The notes beneath the pieces were generated by a model that worked only from the letters and a program-made list of their open reading frames with translations, did not search any database and had not been told where the DNA came from. From an uncultured delta proteobacterium (GTDB lineage Bacteria > Myxococcota_A > Polyangia > Polyangiales > Polyangiaceae): a stretch of DNA of 64,000 nt. Made by a program: the position numbers and the translations under genes. The stretch is from positions 800,001-864,000 of the forward strand of contig CAWDXG010000004.1 in the NCBI GenBank assembly GCA_963806225.1, read 5' to 3'. This document shows positions 20,286 to 29,597 of the stretch, one piece after another (the first letter of the stretch is position 1; each line of letters starts with the position of its first letter).

Positions 20286-22214
20286 TCAGCTCGCCACAGC
20301 GTTGGAGTCGGCCGTCTGGCCCTGCAGCGGCAGCGTGACGATGAACGTCGCGCCGTGGCCCAGCTCGCTCTCGACGCGGATGTCGCCGCCGTGGGCCTCG
20401 GCAATCCCCTTCGCGATCGACAGCCCAAGACCAGCGTCGGCGCTACGCGCCTGGGCGCCCTGCCAGAAGCGATCGAACAGGTGGGGGATCTGGTCCGGGG
20501 GGATGCCCGGACCGGTGTCGGAAACCGCCACCTCCACCTGCTCTCCGGCGCGCCGCACCCGGATGCCGACGCGGCCCCCGCGCGGAGTGAACTTCAAGGC
20601 GTTGGACACCAGATTGCCGACGAGCTGGAGCATGCGCAAACGGTCGACCCACGCCTCCGCTACGTCGGCATCGACCAACGTCCAGAGCTCTATGGCCCGG
20701 TCCCCGGCCTCGGGCCGCGCCAGAGCGAGTACCTCGTCGACGATTTCCGGGACGGACTCCGGCTGCGGATGGACGGCGAAGGTTCCCGACTCCAGCTTCC
20801 CGGCCAGCAGCAGGTCGCCGAGCAGCTGGTTCGCAAGCGCTACCGCGTCGAGGATCGCGCGCGGCCCTGGCTCGTCGGGATGCCGCCGCGCGATCAATCT
20901 CGCCGTCAGCGAGATGCCGTTGAGCGGGCCGCGCAGGTCGTGCGAGACGACGCCGAGGACATCGTCGCGAAGCCGCGTCGCCTCGAGCGACGCCGCGTAG
21001 AGCCTCGCATTGTCGATCGCCGCGGCAGCCCGATCGGCGAGTCCCTCGCCAAGCGTCACGTCGGCGTCGTCGAAGGCGTCACGCCCGGAGCGCCTGAGCA
21101 GCACCAGCTCGCCGATGGCGCGATCGCGCGCGACGAGCGGCACGAAAAGCAAGGAGCATGGCGCCGCGCCCAGGCCCTCGCGCGCCAGGGAAGCGACTCC
21201 GAGCCAGTCCGCCGCGGTCACTTCGATGCGCTCCGCCTTGCGTGACGCGAGGACCCGGCGGAGCACGCGGCTCCACGGCTCGCGGTCAAGCAACTGGCGC
21301 ACGTCCGCACGGGCGCCGCCGGCCCGAGGACGGTGCCCCGCGCCGATCCCGGGCAGCAGATCCACAACGCAGGCATCGGCAAAGTGCGGAACCAGGAGCC
21401 GCGCGAGATCGCCGGACATCGTCTCCGGGTCGAGCGAGGTAACGAGCAATCTGCCGGCATCCGCCAGAAGCCGGATCGCCTCCTCGGCGCGCTTGCGACG
21501 GGTGAGGTCGTTGATCTGCATGCTGGTGCACTCGACTCCGGTCACGTCGCGGAAGATCGCCGACGAGACCTCCGCCGAAAATGGCCTCCCGCCCTTCCTG
21601 AGGCAGGTCAGCTCGCCGTGGGCGTGACCATCGCGCCGGCGCGCCTCCAGAAACGCCCGGCTGCGCGGGTCGGTCATGTCGACGAGGAGTGCACGGCCGC
21701 CCCTGCAGATCTCTTCCTCGGTCATCTCGAACATGCGGCATGCCGCCGGGTTCGCCGCGAATATCCCGCCGTTGGGCGCCGTGAGCAGCAGCGCACCCAG
21801 GCTCTGCTCGAAGAGCGCGCGGTGCCGCGCCTCGCGCTCCCTGAGCTCGTCCTCGGCCCGCTTCTGCTCCGTCACGTCCCGAAAGTAGACGGTGAGCCCA
21901 GCGTCGGACGGGTACGCCCGGAACGCCACCCAGCGATGACGGACTGGAGCAAAGAGTGAAAACTCGTGCGGAGCCTCCCCCGCGGCCGCGCGCCTGAGTT
22001 CCCTCTCCACCTCGGTCCCGGCCGCGTCCGGAAACGCTTCCAGCAGCCCGAGGCCAAGCAGCTCCTCGCGGGTGCGCTCGAAGTACCGCTCCGCACTCCG
22101 GTTGATGTACGCGATCCGCCACCGTTGGTCGTACACGATGATGCCGTCGCTGATGCGATCGAGCGCGTCCACCAACGCTTGCTCCGACGTCCGCTCTGCC
22201 CGCTCCCCCGGCAT
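20286..22214 (-). CDS. Cytoplasmic PAS-PAS-GAF sensor histidine kinase
   Basis: Two PAS domains (DGIIVYD..WRIAYIN; ANPAACRMF), a GAF domain, H-box VSHDLRGPL, N-box NLVSNALKFT, DTGPGI, GLGLSI. Confidence 0.93.
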   Translation of the reverse strand: MPGERAERTSEQALVDALDRISDGIIVYDQRWRIAYINRSAERYFERTREELLGLGLLEAFPDAAGTEVERELRRAAAGEAPHEFSLFAPVRHRWVAFRAYPSDAGLTVYFRDVTEQKRAEDELREREARHRALFEQSLGALLLTAPNGGIFAANPAACRMFEMTEEEICRGGRALLVDMTDPRSRAFLEARRRDGHAHGELTCLRKGGRPFSAEVSSAIFRDVTGVECTSMQINDLTRRKRAEEAIRLLADAGRLLVTSLDPETMSGDLARLLVPHFADACVVDLLPGIGAGHRPRAGGARADVRQLLDREPWSRVLRRVLASRKAERIEVTAADWLGVASLAREGLGAAPCSLLFVPLVARDRAIGELVLLRRSGRDAFDDADVTLGEGLADRAAAAIDNARLYAASLEATRLRDDVLGVVSHDLRGPLNGISLTARLIARRHPDEPGPRAILDAVALANQLLGDLLLAGKLESGTFAVHPQPESVPEIVDEVLALARPEAGDRAIELWTLVDADVAEAWVDRLRMLQLVGNLVSNALKFTPRGGRVGIRVRRAGEQVEVAVSDTGPGIPPDQIPHLFDRFWQGAQARSADAGLGLSIAKGIAEAHGGDIRVESELGHGATFIVTLPLQGQTADSNAVAS

Positions 22215-22285
22215 ACTGGTTACGAATATGCCCACTTCGATACCCGGCGACAAGCTGCCCGGGCGCGATTTCGCCGCGCAAGCCG

Positions 22286-24331
22286 TCAGTCCGGCCGCGC
22301 GCCCCGCGCGACCCCCGCCGACTCGAGCAGCGACCACGGCGGGATCCAGCCGATCATCACGAACAGGGCGTCGTACTCCAGGCGGCGGGAGCCGCTCGGG
22401 ATGCGCAACACGAGCTCGTCGCCGATCTCGTCGACGTGGCTCTCGAGCTCGAGTGCGATGCGGCCGCTCTGGACCAGGCGCTCGAACTCGTCGATGTTGC
22501 GCTGCTTTCCCCGGCGGTGCGCCGTCCCGCGGTAGCAGACGGTGATCTCCGTGTCGGGTTGCTGGGCGAGCGCGATGGCGGCTTCCATCGCCACGTCGCC
22601 GAGACCGACGATCACGACGCGCTGACCGGCAAGGCTACGCGCGTCGGCCAGGTGGTAGAAGACGTGGTTCTGCGCGCTCTCGGGGATCTCGACCGGGAGC
22701 TTCCGGGGCGTGCCGCGGCGCCCGCTCGCGAGCAGCACCCGGCGCGCGCGAACCACCTGCTCGTTGCCGTCCGCATCCAGCGATCGGAGGCTGAACGAAC
22801 GCTCGTTCCCCTGCCCTCCAGGCTCGATCGCCGTCACGCGGCGGCCTTCCTCCACTGGCAGCTTTTCGCGCCGCACGATGCGCAGCCAGCGTCCCAGTAG
22901 CTCCTCCTTGGTGCTCTCTTCCAGCCACAGATCCCCCACGCGGGGCATCCCCAGAGGCTGGTCGAACACCAGCTTGCCGCGCGGGAAGCTCTTGATGCTG
23001 GCCGCCACGCTGCTCTGCTCGAGCACGACGAAGTCGAGCCGCTGTTCCTTCGCCTCGAGCGCGGCGGAAATGCCGGCGGGCCCCGCGCCGACAATAGCGA
23101 GATCCAGCATGGCGCCGTCCCGCGCTCCCTTCAGCGAGCGCGCGATGGCACGCACGGCGTGCGCGCCCTGATTGATGGCGTTGCGGATGAGCGGCAGGCC
23201 CGTCAGATCGCCCGCGAGGTACAGCCCCGGACAATCACGCGACTCGAGCGCATCATCAACCCCCGGCCTGTCCTCTACGGGCTCGCCCGAGCGCACCACC
23301 AGCGAGCCGTTCGGACACGCCTGCTCGCACAGCGTCAGTCCGCAGCAGTCGTCGGGACGAGCAACCGTCGCTACGTAGCGCCGCACTTCGATCACGTCGT
23401 AGGGGCAAACGTCCACGCACGCGTAGCAGCCGAGGCAGGTCGCAGTATCAATCTGCGGCAGACGCACCACGTCCGCGGCGCGGGGGACGGAGGACGGCTC
23501 GACGCGCCCCCCGCGCCGCGAGAGCAGGCGTTCGAAAGCGAGAGCCAGGAGCGCGGCGACAAGTCCCGCTCCGAGCCAGCCGGCGGGGCCGTAGACCGCC
23601 CCGCTGAGTAGCGTGTCCGGACGCGCGACCAGCGCACGCGCGCTCTGCCAGGCTGCGTCGCGCGAGGCCGGTTTGGCCGCGACGCGCGCGCCGCCGTGTC
23701 CGGCCTGCCCCACCCGGCGGTGCTCGTCGAAGCACACATCGACGCGCACCGCCCCGACGCCGACAAGACACGCCGCCACGGGATCGGAGGGCGAACGGAG
23801 ATCGTGGCAGCCCGCGCACGCGCCAGCGCGCACCAGCGGGACGTTCACGGCGCGGGTCAGGGGCGGGCCCGGCGTGCCGGCGAGCGGTTTCTCCCAGCCG
23901 CTGCCGTAGCGGAGGACGCGTCCGCCGGGCAGGAGCGCCAGGCCCTCGTTGTGGCGGTGCACGGCATGGCACGTCGGGCAGCCCAGCCTGCCGCGGCGCG
24001 CGAGCTGGCGATGCGCCGGCCTGGTGGAAGGATGCGCGCCGTGGCAACGCACGCACGCTCTGCCGGGCGGGCCCTCTTCGTGACACGACCCGCATTCGAG
24101 TCCCGCCAGCCGATGCGGGCGCGAGAGCGGTCCGGGGGATCGCAGCGCCGCAAGGCCGGTGCTGGAGGCGATGGCGCCCACCGCCGCGACCACCGCCACG
24201 GCGATCGCCACGAGCAGACCGCGGAAGCGCCGCACGTCGCTGGTCTCCTCTGCCCGCGGCGCGCGGCGCCGCCGGGGCCGAGGAGCGCTCTTCAGCGACA
24301 GCAACGGAGCAGGCCTGTTCCGGTCGCTCAT
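22286..24331 (-). CDS. Membrane protein: tetraheme cytochrome c between two TM helices, then 2x[4Fe-4S] and an FAD/NAD(P) thioredoxin-reductase-like oxidoreductase
   Basis: CGSCH, CVRCH, CPTCH, CAGCH; CLGCYACVDVCP and CCGLTLCEQACP; IVGAGPAG; IVGLGDVAME. ATG 24331 overlaps the upstream TGA (ATGA). Confidence 0.88.
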   Translation of the reverse strand: MSDRNRPAPLLSLKSAPRPRRRRAPRAEETSDVRRFRGLLVAIAVAVVAAVGAIASSTGLAALRSPGPLSRPHRLAGLECGSCHEEGPPGRACVRCHGAHPSTRPAHRQLARRGRLGCPTCHAVHRHNEGLALLPGGRVLRYGSGWEKPLAGTPGPPLTRAVNVPLVRAGACAGCHDLRSPSDPVAACLVGVGAVRVDVCFDEHRRVGQAGHGGARVAAKPASRDAAWQSARALVARPDTLLSGAVYGPAGWLGAGLVAALLALAFERLLSRRGGRVEPSSVPRAADVVRLPQIDTATCLGCYACVDVCPYDVIEVRRYVATVARPDDCCGLTLCEQACPNGSLVVRSGEPVEDRPGVDDALESRDCPGLYLAGDLTGLPLIRNAINQGAHAVRAIARSLKGARDGAMLDLAIVGAGPAGISAALEAKEQRLDFVVLEQSSVAASIKSFPRGKLVFDQPLGMPRVGDLWLEESTKEELLGRWLRIVRREKLPVEEGRRVTAIEPGGQGNERSFSLRSLDADGNEQVVRARRVLLASGRRGTPRKLPVEIPESAQNHVFYHLADARSLAGQRVVIVGLGDVAMEAAIALAQQPDTEITVCYRGTAHRRGKQRNIDEFERLVQSGRIALELESHVDEIGDELVLRIPSGSRRLEYDALFVMIGWIPPWSLLESAGVARGARPD

Positions 24332-26592
24332 CGCGCCATCACCCCCACCACGTGCAGCACGAGCAGCACGAGCAGGACTCCGCCCAGCACGAGGTGCAAC
24401 GGCAGCCAGCCGCGCAGGAGCGCCGTCAAGGCGCGCCGCGCCGGTAACGCCCTGAGCTCCACCACCGTGCGCAGCACGTCGTCCAGACCGTCGAGTTTGT
24501 CGCCTCCGCGGCCTTCGAGCACCTGCTCGACGCGCCGGCGCAGGCGCTGCTGCTCCTTGCGCAGGCTGCGTCCGGACAGGACCAGAAACAGCGAGCCGAA
24601 CGGACGCCGCGAATAGGGCACGAGCAGCTTGTCCACGATCGCCTTGAGCAGATCGCTGCGCCCGCTCGCATCGCGGTAGAGCCGCGCGACCAGCGCCTCG
24701 CGTTCGCGAGCCAGATCCTCCGGCAGTGCGCCGCGCCGTTCGATCCGCGACAGGCGGTCCGGCAGAGCGCGGTACACCAGCAGACCCGCCACACCCAGGA
24801 GCGCCACCCACCAGAAGCCGAGGTTCAGCGCACCCGCGACGTTCGGCGGAAAGCGCAGACCTGCGTGCAGCGCGACCGCGCCCATCGCAACGAGCCCGAG
24901 CGCCACGTGCAGCGTCGCGTGGGGGCGCACGCGCGAACGCGCTGCCAGACGCGGCCCGGGGTCTCCCGCTACCTGGCGCGCCGCACTGGGCGCCTCGCGC
25001 GGCCTGAGCCAGTAGCGCACGCCGCGCTTGGGAAACACGTACGCGCCGAGCGCGAGGCAGAGCAGCCCCGCGCTCGATCCTGTGGCCAGCGCGGGCAACG
25101 CGAGACCGGCCGTACCAAGCCCCAGCGCCAGCCCTCCCAGACCCATCGCGAACGCGAGCCCGAAGCCGACCGCGCGGCGCAACCAGCGCGGATCGTCGCG
25201 CTCCAGCGCGCGCCGGCCCGGAGCGCCGAACAGCCGCCGGACCTCCACGAAGTCCTGCGCAGGCTCCAGACGGAAGATCGACTCGGTCGGACACGCCGCC
25301 ACGCATGCCGGCGCCTCGTAGCCGCGGCACAGATCGCATTTGACAGCCAGGTCCGCCGAGAGCGCGCCCGCGTCGGGTCGCGACGCCATGCGGATGTTCT
25401 CCCAGGGGCACGCCTTGGCGCACGCGCCGCAGCCCGTGCACAGCTCATCACGGATGAACACCTCGCCGCGCGGGTCGCGGCCAATCGCGCCCGTCGGGCA
25501 ATCAATCATGCACACGGGGTTTTCGCAGTGCTGGCAGGAGTTGGGCAGAAGCAGGCTCTGCGGGTCACCCGCGCTGTCGAGCTTCGTGACGACCTTGTCG
25601 CCGCGCCGCACCAGTCGCGCCACGCCGTACAGCTCCGCGCACACCCACGCGCAGTGCCCGCAGCGCACGCAGCTCTGCTGGTCGATGGCCAGGAGCGATC
25701 GGGCCATCTGCATGCGGTAGAGGTCGTGGAAGACGTGCTCGGTACTGCCGTCGCCCGCGGCGCCGACCACGTCCTCCTGCAGCGCCTGCCGATCGGCGGC
25801 GATGCGCCGCATCCGCGACAGGAGCCCCGGATTCCGATCCACGAGCGACCTGAGCGCGCGGCCCGGCACGCGCAGACAGCGGCAGTCGCCGAGGGCCACG
25901 GCCGTCATCGAGCGGCGCCCTGCGCCGAGCAGGTCCGTGTCGCCGAAGAAGTCCCCGCGCGCGAGGTACGCCCGCACCTGGATGCGGCCGTCGTCGGCGG
26001 TCGAGAGCTGCACCAGTCCGTCGGTAACGAGCAAGCAGTCGTCGGCGGGATCGCCCTCCACGAAGATGCGTTCGGCGCGGCGGAACGTGGCGGGCTGCAC
26101 CGCATCGAGCAACAGCTCCAGGTCGCGGTCGCCGAGATCGCGCGACAGCGCGAGCGTGCCGAGCAGGTCGCGCGTGGCTGTGCGGCGCAGCGCGCGCTCC
26201 TCGCGTTCCACCAGCGCCGACGCGCCGCTCTGTTCGGCCAGGCGCCGGAATACGGGCAGCGGCACCTCGGCGAGCTCCGTCGCTTCGACGGCGCGGGCGC
26301 CCGCGCGCCGTGGGCCGCCGAGCGCGGCGTCCTCGCCGAAGGTATCGCCCCGGCGTGCGGTGCGCACCACCGCCGGCTGCTCGTCGCCGCGCCGCACCGC
26401 TTCGATCGCGATCTCGCCGCGCACCACCACGTAGAATGCGTCGGACGGCTCGCCCTCGTCGTACACGCGCTCGCCGGCGCCTACCTCGAACAGGCGCCCT
26501 GCCCGCGACAGACCGCTGCGCGCGCGCGCGTCCAGACCGCGCAGCACCGGTGCATCGAACACCGGCGACGGCCAGCTTGCCGGCTCGCTCAC
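24328..26592 (-). CDS. Tandem cNMP-binding domains + DmsB/NrfC-type 4x[4Fe-4S] domain + His-containing multi-TM domain
   Basis: GDTFGE...PRRA and GDFFGD...RRSMT; CVRCGHCAWVC, CQHCENPVCMIDCP, CTGCGACAKACP, KCDLC...ACVAACP; TM helices containing LHVALG, ALHAG, WLPLH, VLHV. GTG 26592 overlaps the upstream TGA. Confidence 0.88.
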   Translation of the reverse strand: MSEPASWPSPVFDAPVLRGLDARARSGLSRAGRLFEVGAGERVYDEGEPSDAFYVVVRGEIAIEAVRRGDEQPAVVRTARRGDTFGEDAALGGPRRAGARAVEATELAEVPLPVFRRLAEQSGASALVEREERALRRTATRDLLGTLALSRDLGDRDLELLLDAVQPATFRRAERIFVEGDPADDCLLVTDGLVQLSTADDGRIQVRAYLARGDFFGDTDLLGAGRRSMTAVALGDCRCLRVPGRALRSLVDRNPGLLSRMRRIAADRQALQEDVVGAAGDGSTEHVFHDLYRMQMARSLLAIDQQSCVRCGHCAWVCAELYGVARLVRRGDKVVTKLDSAGDPQSLLLPNSCQHCENPVCMIDCPTGAIGRDPRGEVFIRDELCTGCGACAKACPWENIRMASRPDAGALSADLAVKCDLCRGYEAPACVAACPTESIFRLEPAQDFVEVRRLFGAPGRRALERDDPRWLRRAVGFGLAFAMGLGGLALGLGTAGLALPALATGSSAGLLCLALGAYVFPKRGVRYWLRPREAPSAARQVAGDPGPRLAARSRVRPHATLHVALGLVAMGAVALHAGLRFPPNVAGALNLGFWWVALLGVAGLLVYRALPDRLSRIERRGALPEDLAREREALVARLYRDASGRSDLLKAIVDKLLVPYSRRPFGSLFLVLSGRSLRKEQQRLRRRVEQVLEGRGGDKLDGLDDVLRTVVELRALPARRALTALLRGWLPLHLVLGGVLLVLLVLHVVGVMAR

Positions 26593-29500
26593 GGCACCAC
26601 CGCGCGCACGCGGCGGAGCTCGACGACCTCCAGCCGCCCGAGCGGCGCGCCGGTGATGAGCGGCCCGCTCGGCCTGAGCCCGCGCGCGGCCTGGCGCGCC
26701 TCGTAGTCCGCAAAGGCGCGGATCAGGTAGGGCGGGAACGCCCGGAAGAGCAGCTCCGCTTCGATGCGGAAGGGCCCCCGGGTTCCGGACACGGGCAGCT
26801 CGTACGTGTACGTGACGGGCGTCCTCGGCGCGAGCGAGCGGGTGTCGATGATGGCGTCCGGGCCTCTGGTCACGCCGCGCGTCGCGTCCAGCGCGCCGAC
26901 CGGAAAGTAGGTCTCGAAGAGCGCGTTTCGGCCGGAGAGGTTCGAACCGCACTCGCCGGTATCGATGTCATAGCTGCCGTCGGCGTAGCGGTCGGCGCGC
27001 GCGCTCTCCTGGCCCGGCAGCGGCTGGCAGCTGCCGTCGAAGTCGATGCGCCCGATGCACACCACGCAGCGCAGAAAGCCGTTCTGGAAGTTTATCAGAC
27101 CGCGACCGCGGAAGCGCGTGCCGCCGAACTCCGGCGATGGGCTCCAGCGCGGCACGTCGCGGCCGTCCGCGACGTCGGCGCCGAACAACCCCTGGGGACG
27201 GCCACGCCCGTCGCTGGAACGGTCGGAGGTGTTGACCCGCAGGAAGCGCTTGTCGTGCAGATCCTCGTCGGCGCGGTCGACGCGGCCCACCTCGTACACC
27301 ACGTCGTTGCGCGCGTCGGTGACCTTCAGGTGCACCCACAGCTCGCGCTCCTGGCTGAAACCAGCCGGGATGCGGTGACCGGCGCCGATGTTCTCGACCA
27401 CCACCGGGATCTCCAGCGTCGAGCCGCGCTGGGCGGGGCGATCGATCTCGAAGCGCAGCGCCGCCCCGAGCAATAGATCGCGCCGCTGCCGCGCGCCGAG
27501 CGGAATACCCGCCGCGTCGACGTCGGGTTCGTCGATCAAGTTGCGGCCGAACGACGGCGTGAGCGGAATGTCGACGCCGGAGAAGTAGTGCGGCGAAACC
27601 GGCGCGGGGCGCCCCGACGCGGTGGCGACGAAGCCCTTTGCGCGTGAGCCGGGCGGCTCCGACCGGAAGTGGGTGCCCGGTGGACAGGCGTCGCGGAGCG
27701 CGGTCGGCGTGGACGTGAACACGCCGTCGGGGTGGGTGCCCGGCGCGGGCGCCTTCGCGGCGCCCTTCGCACACACGCCCGGGTAGCGGCTCATGTGACA
27801 GCCCTGGCAGCTCGCCGGACGACGCCCTGCCGCGCGCTCCTCCGCCGCGTAGTCGCGCCACTCGCTGTAGGCGTTTCGCAAGCGCTTGAAGTGCTCGCCC
27901 TTCCGCGCACCGAGCACGTCGGTGCCGAACAGCCGCACGTCGTGACACGCGCCGCAGAAGCGGCTGGAGGCGAGATAGGAAACGGCGTCCGCATCGGGCG
28001 CGCCGTGTACGCCGGCAACGCGGGTGCCCAGAAGCTGGGAAGGATCGAGCCAGTATCCGCTGTTCGAGATGCCGAACACGCCGCGCTGATCCTCGGGGCG
28101 CATGCTGAAGACCTGGCCGGTGCGCGACGAGGTCCAGGTCGGGTTGCCCTCGTAGCGCCCGGCGCGCGCGTTACCCGGATGCACGGGGCCGCCGACCTGG
28201 TGACAGAAGCCGCAGCCGATGCCTTCCATCGTGCTCGCCGGCAGCAGATCGCGAAGCGGCTCGCGGCTCCGGGATCGCGGATCGATCGCGTTCCACGCGG
28301 GCAGCGACGCCGAGAGGTTCTCGCGCGGCGCGTGGCAGTTCACGCACCACAGCTCCCCGCCCGAGCCAGTCACGGGCAGGCCGGACGCGCGATCGCGACA
28401 CGCCGTCCCCGGATCGACGCTGCGCAGGATGCCGGCCCCATCCGGACAGTCCTCGCTGCGCCCCACCTGCTCCTCCACCAGCATCTCCAGCGCCTGGAAC
28501 ATCGGGCTCTTGACCGAGTGGGCCATCACCGAACGCGTCCACTCGGCGGCCTGGCTCGTGTGGCAGGTCGCGCAGTCCAAAGCGGTCGTGGTCCGCTCGA
28601 CGAGCGGCGCGCGCGTGTGGTGCGGCAGCGCTGGACTGTCCGGAACCAGACTCATGGCAACTGCGGCCAGCGCGAGACCGGCGCCCAGGGGAGCCAGCCC
28701 GACGAGCCATGCCCTGGTGCGCGCCCGCACCAGCTCCGCTCCGCCGGGTGGAACTGCGCCGGAGCGCCGCGTCGGTGCTGCGACCGGCAACGGTGTCTGC
28801 CGGCGGTCGGCGCGCTTCGGCGGTGCTTCCACGCGCTCCGTTTCATCGAGGAAGCGCCCGAGCTCACCCGCCACGCGCGCGGCGCTCACCGGACGCTCGC
28901 CCGGATCCGGCTCCAGCAGCTTGAGGCACAGGCTCTGCAGTCCGGGCGGCAGCTCCCGGGCGATCGCGTCCGGCAACGGCGGGGCGCCGCGCTTCTGCTC
29001 CTCCAGCCCGAGCCGGAGCCCCTTGGCAGCGAACGGATGCTCGCCCGCCAGCAGCCGGTACAGGATCATGCCGAGCACGTAGCGGTTGGCCGCGTTGTTC
29101 CACGCCTCGCCGCCCACCTGCTCCGGCGGGGACCAGCGCGGCGACGCAGCGGCGCGCGGCGGCGCGCCGACCAGGTCGCGGACCAGCGCGTCGGCGCGGA
29201 ACGTCACGCGATGCTCCAAAACCCGCACTGCCGCGGGCGCGAGCGCCCCCGGAAACAGCGCCTGCTGCTCGCAGCCCGCGAGCACGTCGGCGATCGACTG
29301 CGCGATAGCGACCGCGTCGCGCCACGGCAGCGGTCCCTGGCCGGACAGCTCCTCGCCGAGCGTGGGCGATGCCGCGCCGCGCACGAGCCACACGCCGTCG
29401 TCGTCCTCACCGGCCGCGACGAACCCGCCTACGTCGATCGCGCCGAGACGCCGCAGCCGTACGGCGACCGCGCGCTCGTCGGCCGGGAGCCGCCACAGCT

Positions 29501-29597
29501 CGCGGCCGCCCTCGAGCTCCCAGCGGGCGGCGCGGCCGAGGGGGTCGAGCTCCGCACCCGCGACGAAGCCCTCGTCAGCGGGCGCGGCGCGTCTCAC
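26589..29597 (-). CDS. Pseudokinase - TM - multiheme cytochrome c (5 CxxCH) fusion protein
   Basis: Kinase C-lobe retained (WSPPEQ, NRYVLGMILYRLLAGEHPF, DPGERP) but no HRD or DFG; TM helix WLVGLAPLGAGLALAAVAM; CATCH, CVNCH, CGFCH, CGACH, CQGCH; NIGAGHRIPAG. Confidence 0.85.
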   Translation of the reverse strand: MRRAAPADEGFVAGAELDPLGRAARWELEGGRELWRLPADERAVAVRLRRLGAIDVGGFVAAGEDDDGVWLVRGAASPTLGEELSGQGPLPWRDAVAIAQSIADVLAGCEQQALFPGALAPAAVRVLEHRVTFRADALVRDLVGAPPRAAASPRWSPPEQVGGEAWNNAANRYVLGMILYRLLAGEHPFAAKGLRLGLEEQKRGAPPLPDAIARELPPGLQSLCLKLLEPDPGERPVSAARVAGELGRFLDETERVEAPPKRADRRQTPLPVAAPTRRSGAVPPGGAELVRARTRAWLVGLAPLGAGLALAAVAMSLVPDSPALPHHTRAPLVERTTTALDCATCHTSQAAEWTRSVMAHSVKSPMFQALEMLVEEQVGRSEDCPDGAGILRSVDPGTACRDRASGLPVTGSGGELWCVNCHAPRENLSASLPAWNAIDPRSRSREPLRDLLPASTMEGIGCGFCHQVGGPVHPGNARAGRYEGNPTWTSSRTGQVFSMRPEDQRGVFGISNSGYWLDPSQLLGTRVAGVHGAPDADAVSYLASSRFCGACHDVRLFGTDVLGARKGEHFKRLRNAYSEWRDYAAEERAAGRRPASCQGCHMSRYPGVCAKGAAKAPAPGTHPDGVFTSTPTALRDACPPGTHFRSEPPGSRAKGFVATASGRPAPVSPHYFSGVDIPLTPSFGRNLIDEPDVDAAGIPLGARQRRDLLLGAALRFEIDRPAQRGSTLEIPVVVENIGAGHRIPAGFSQERELWVHLKVTDARNDVVYEVGRVDRADEDLHDKRFLRVNTSDRSSDGRGRPQGLFGADVADGRDVPRWSPSPEFGGTRFRGRGLINFQNGFLRCVVCIGRIDFDGSCQPLPGQESARADRYADGSYDIDTGECGSNLSGRNALFETYFPVGALDATRGVTRGPDAIIDTRSLAPRTPVTYTYELPVSGTRGPFRIEAELLFRAFPPYLIRAFADYEARQAARGLRPSGPLITGAPLGRLEVVELRRVRAVVP

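Noticed and set aside
22286..25441. 1051-aa ORF as a single protein
   Set aside because: The first 370 codons overlap the cNMP/Fe-S gene in another frame; the real start is ATG 24331, coupled to the upstream stop.
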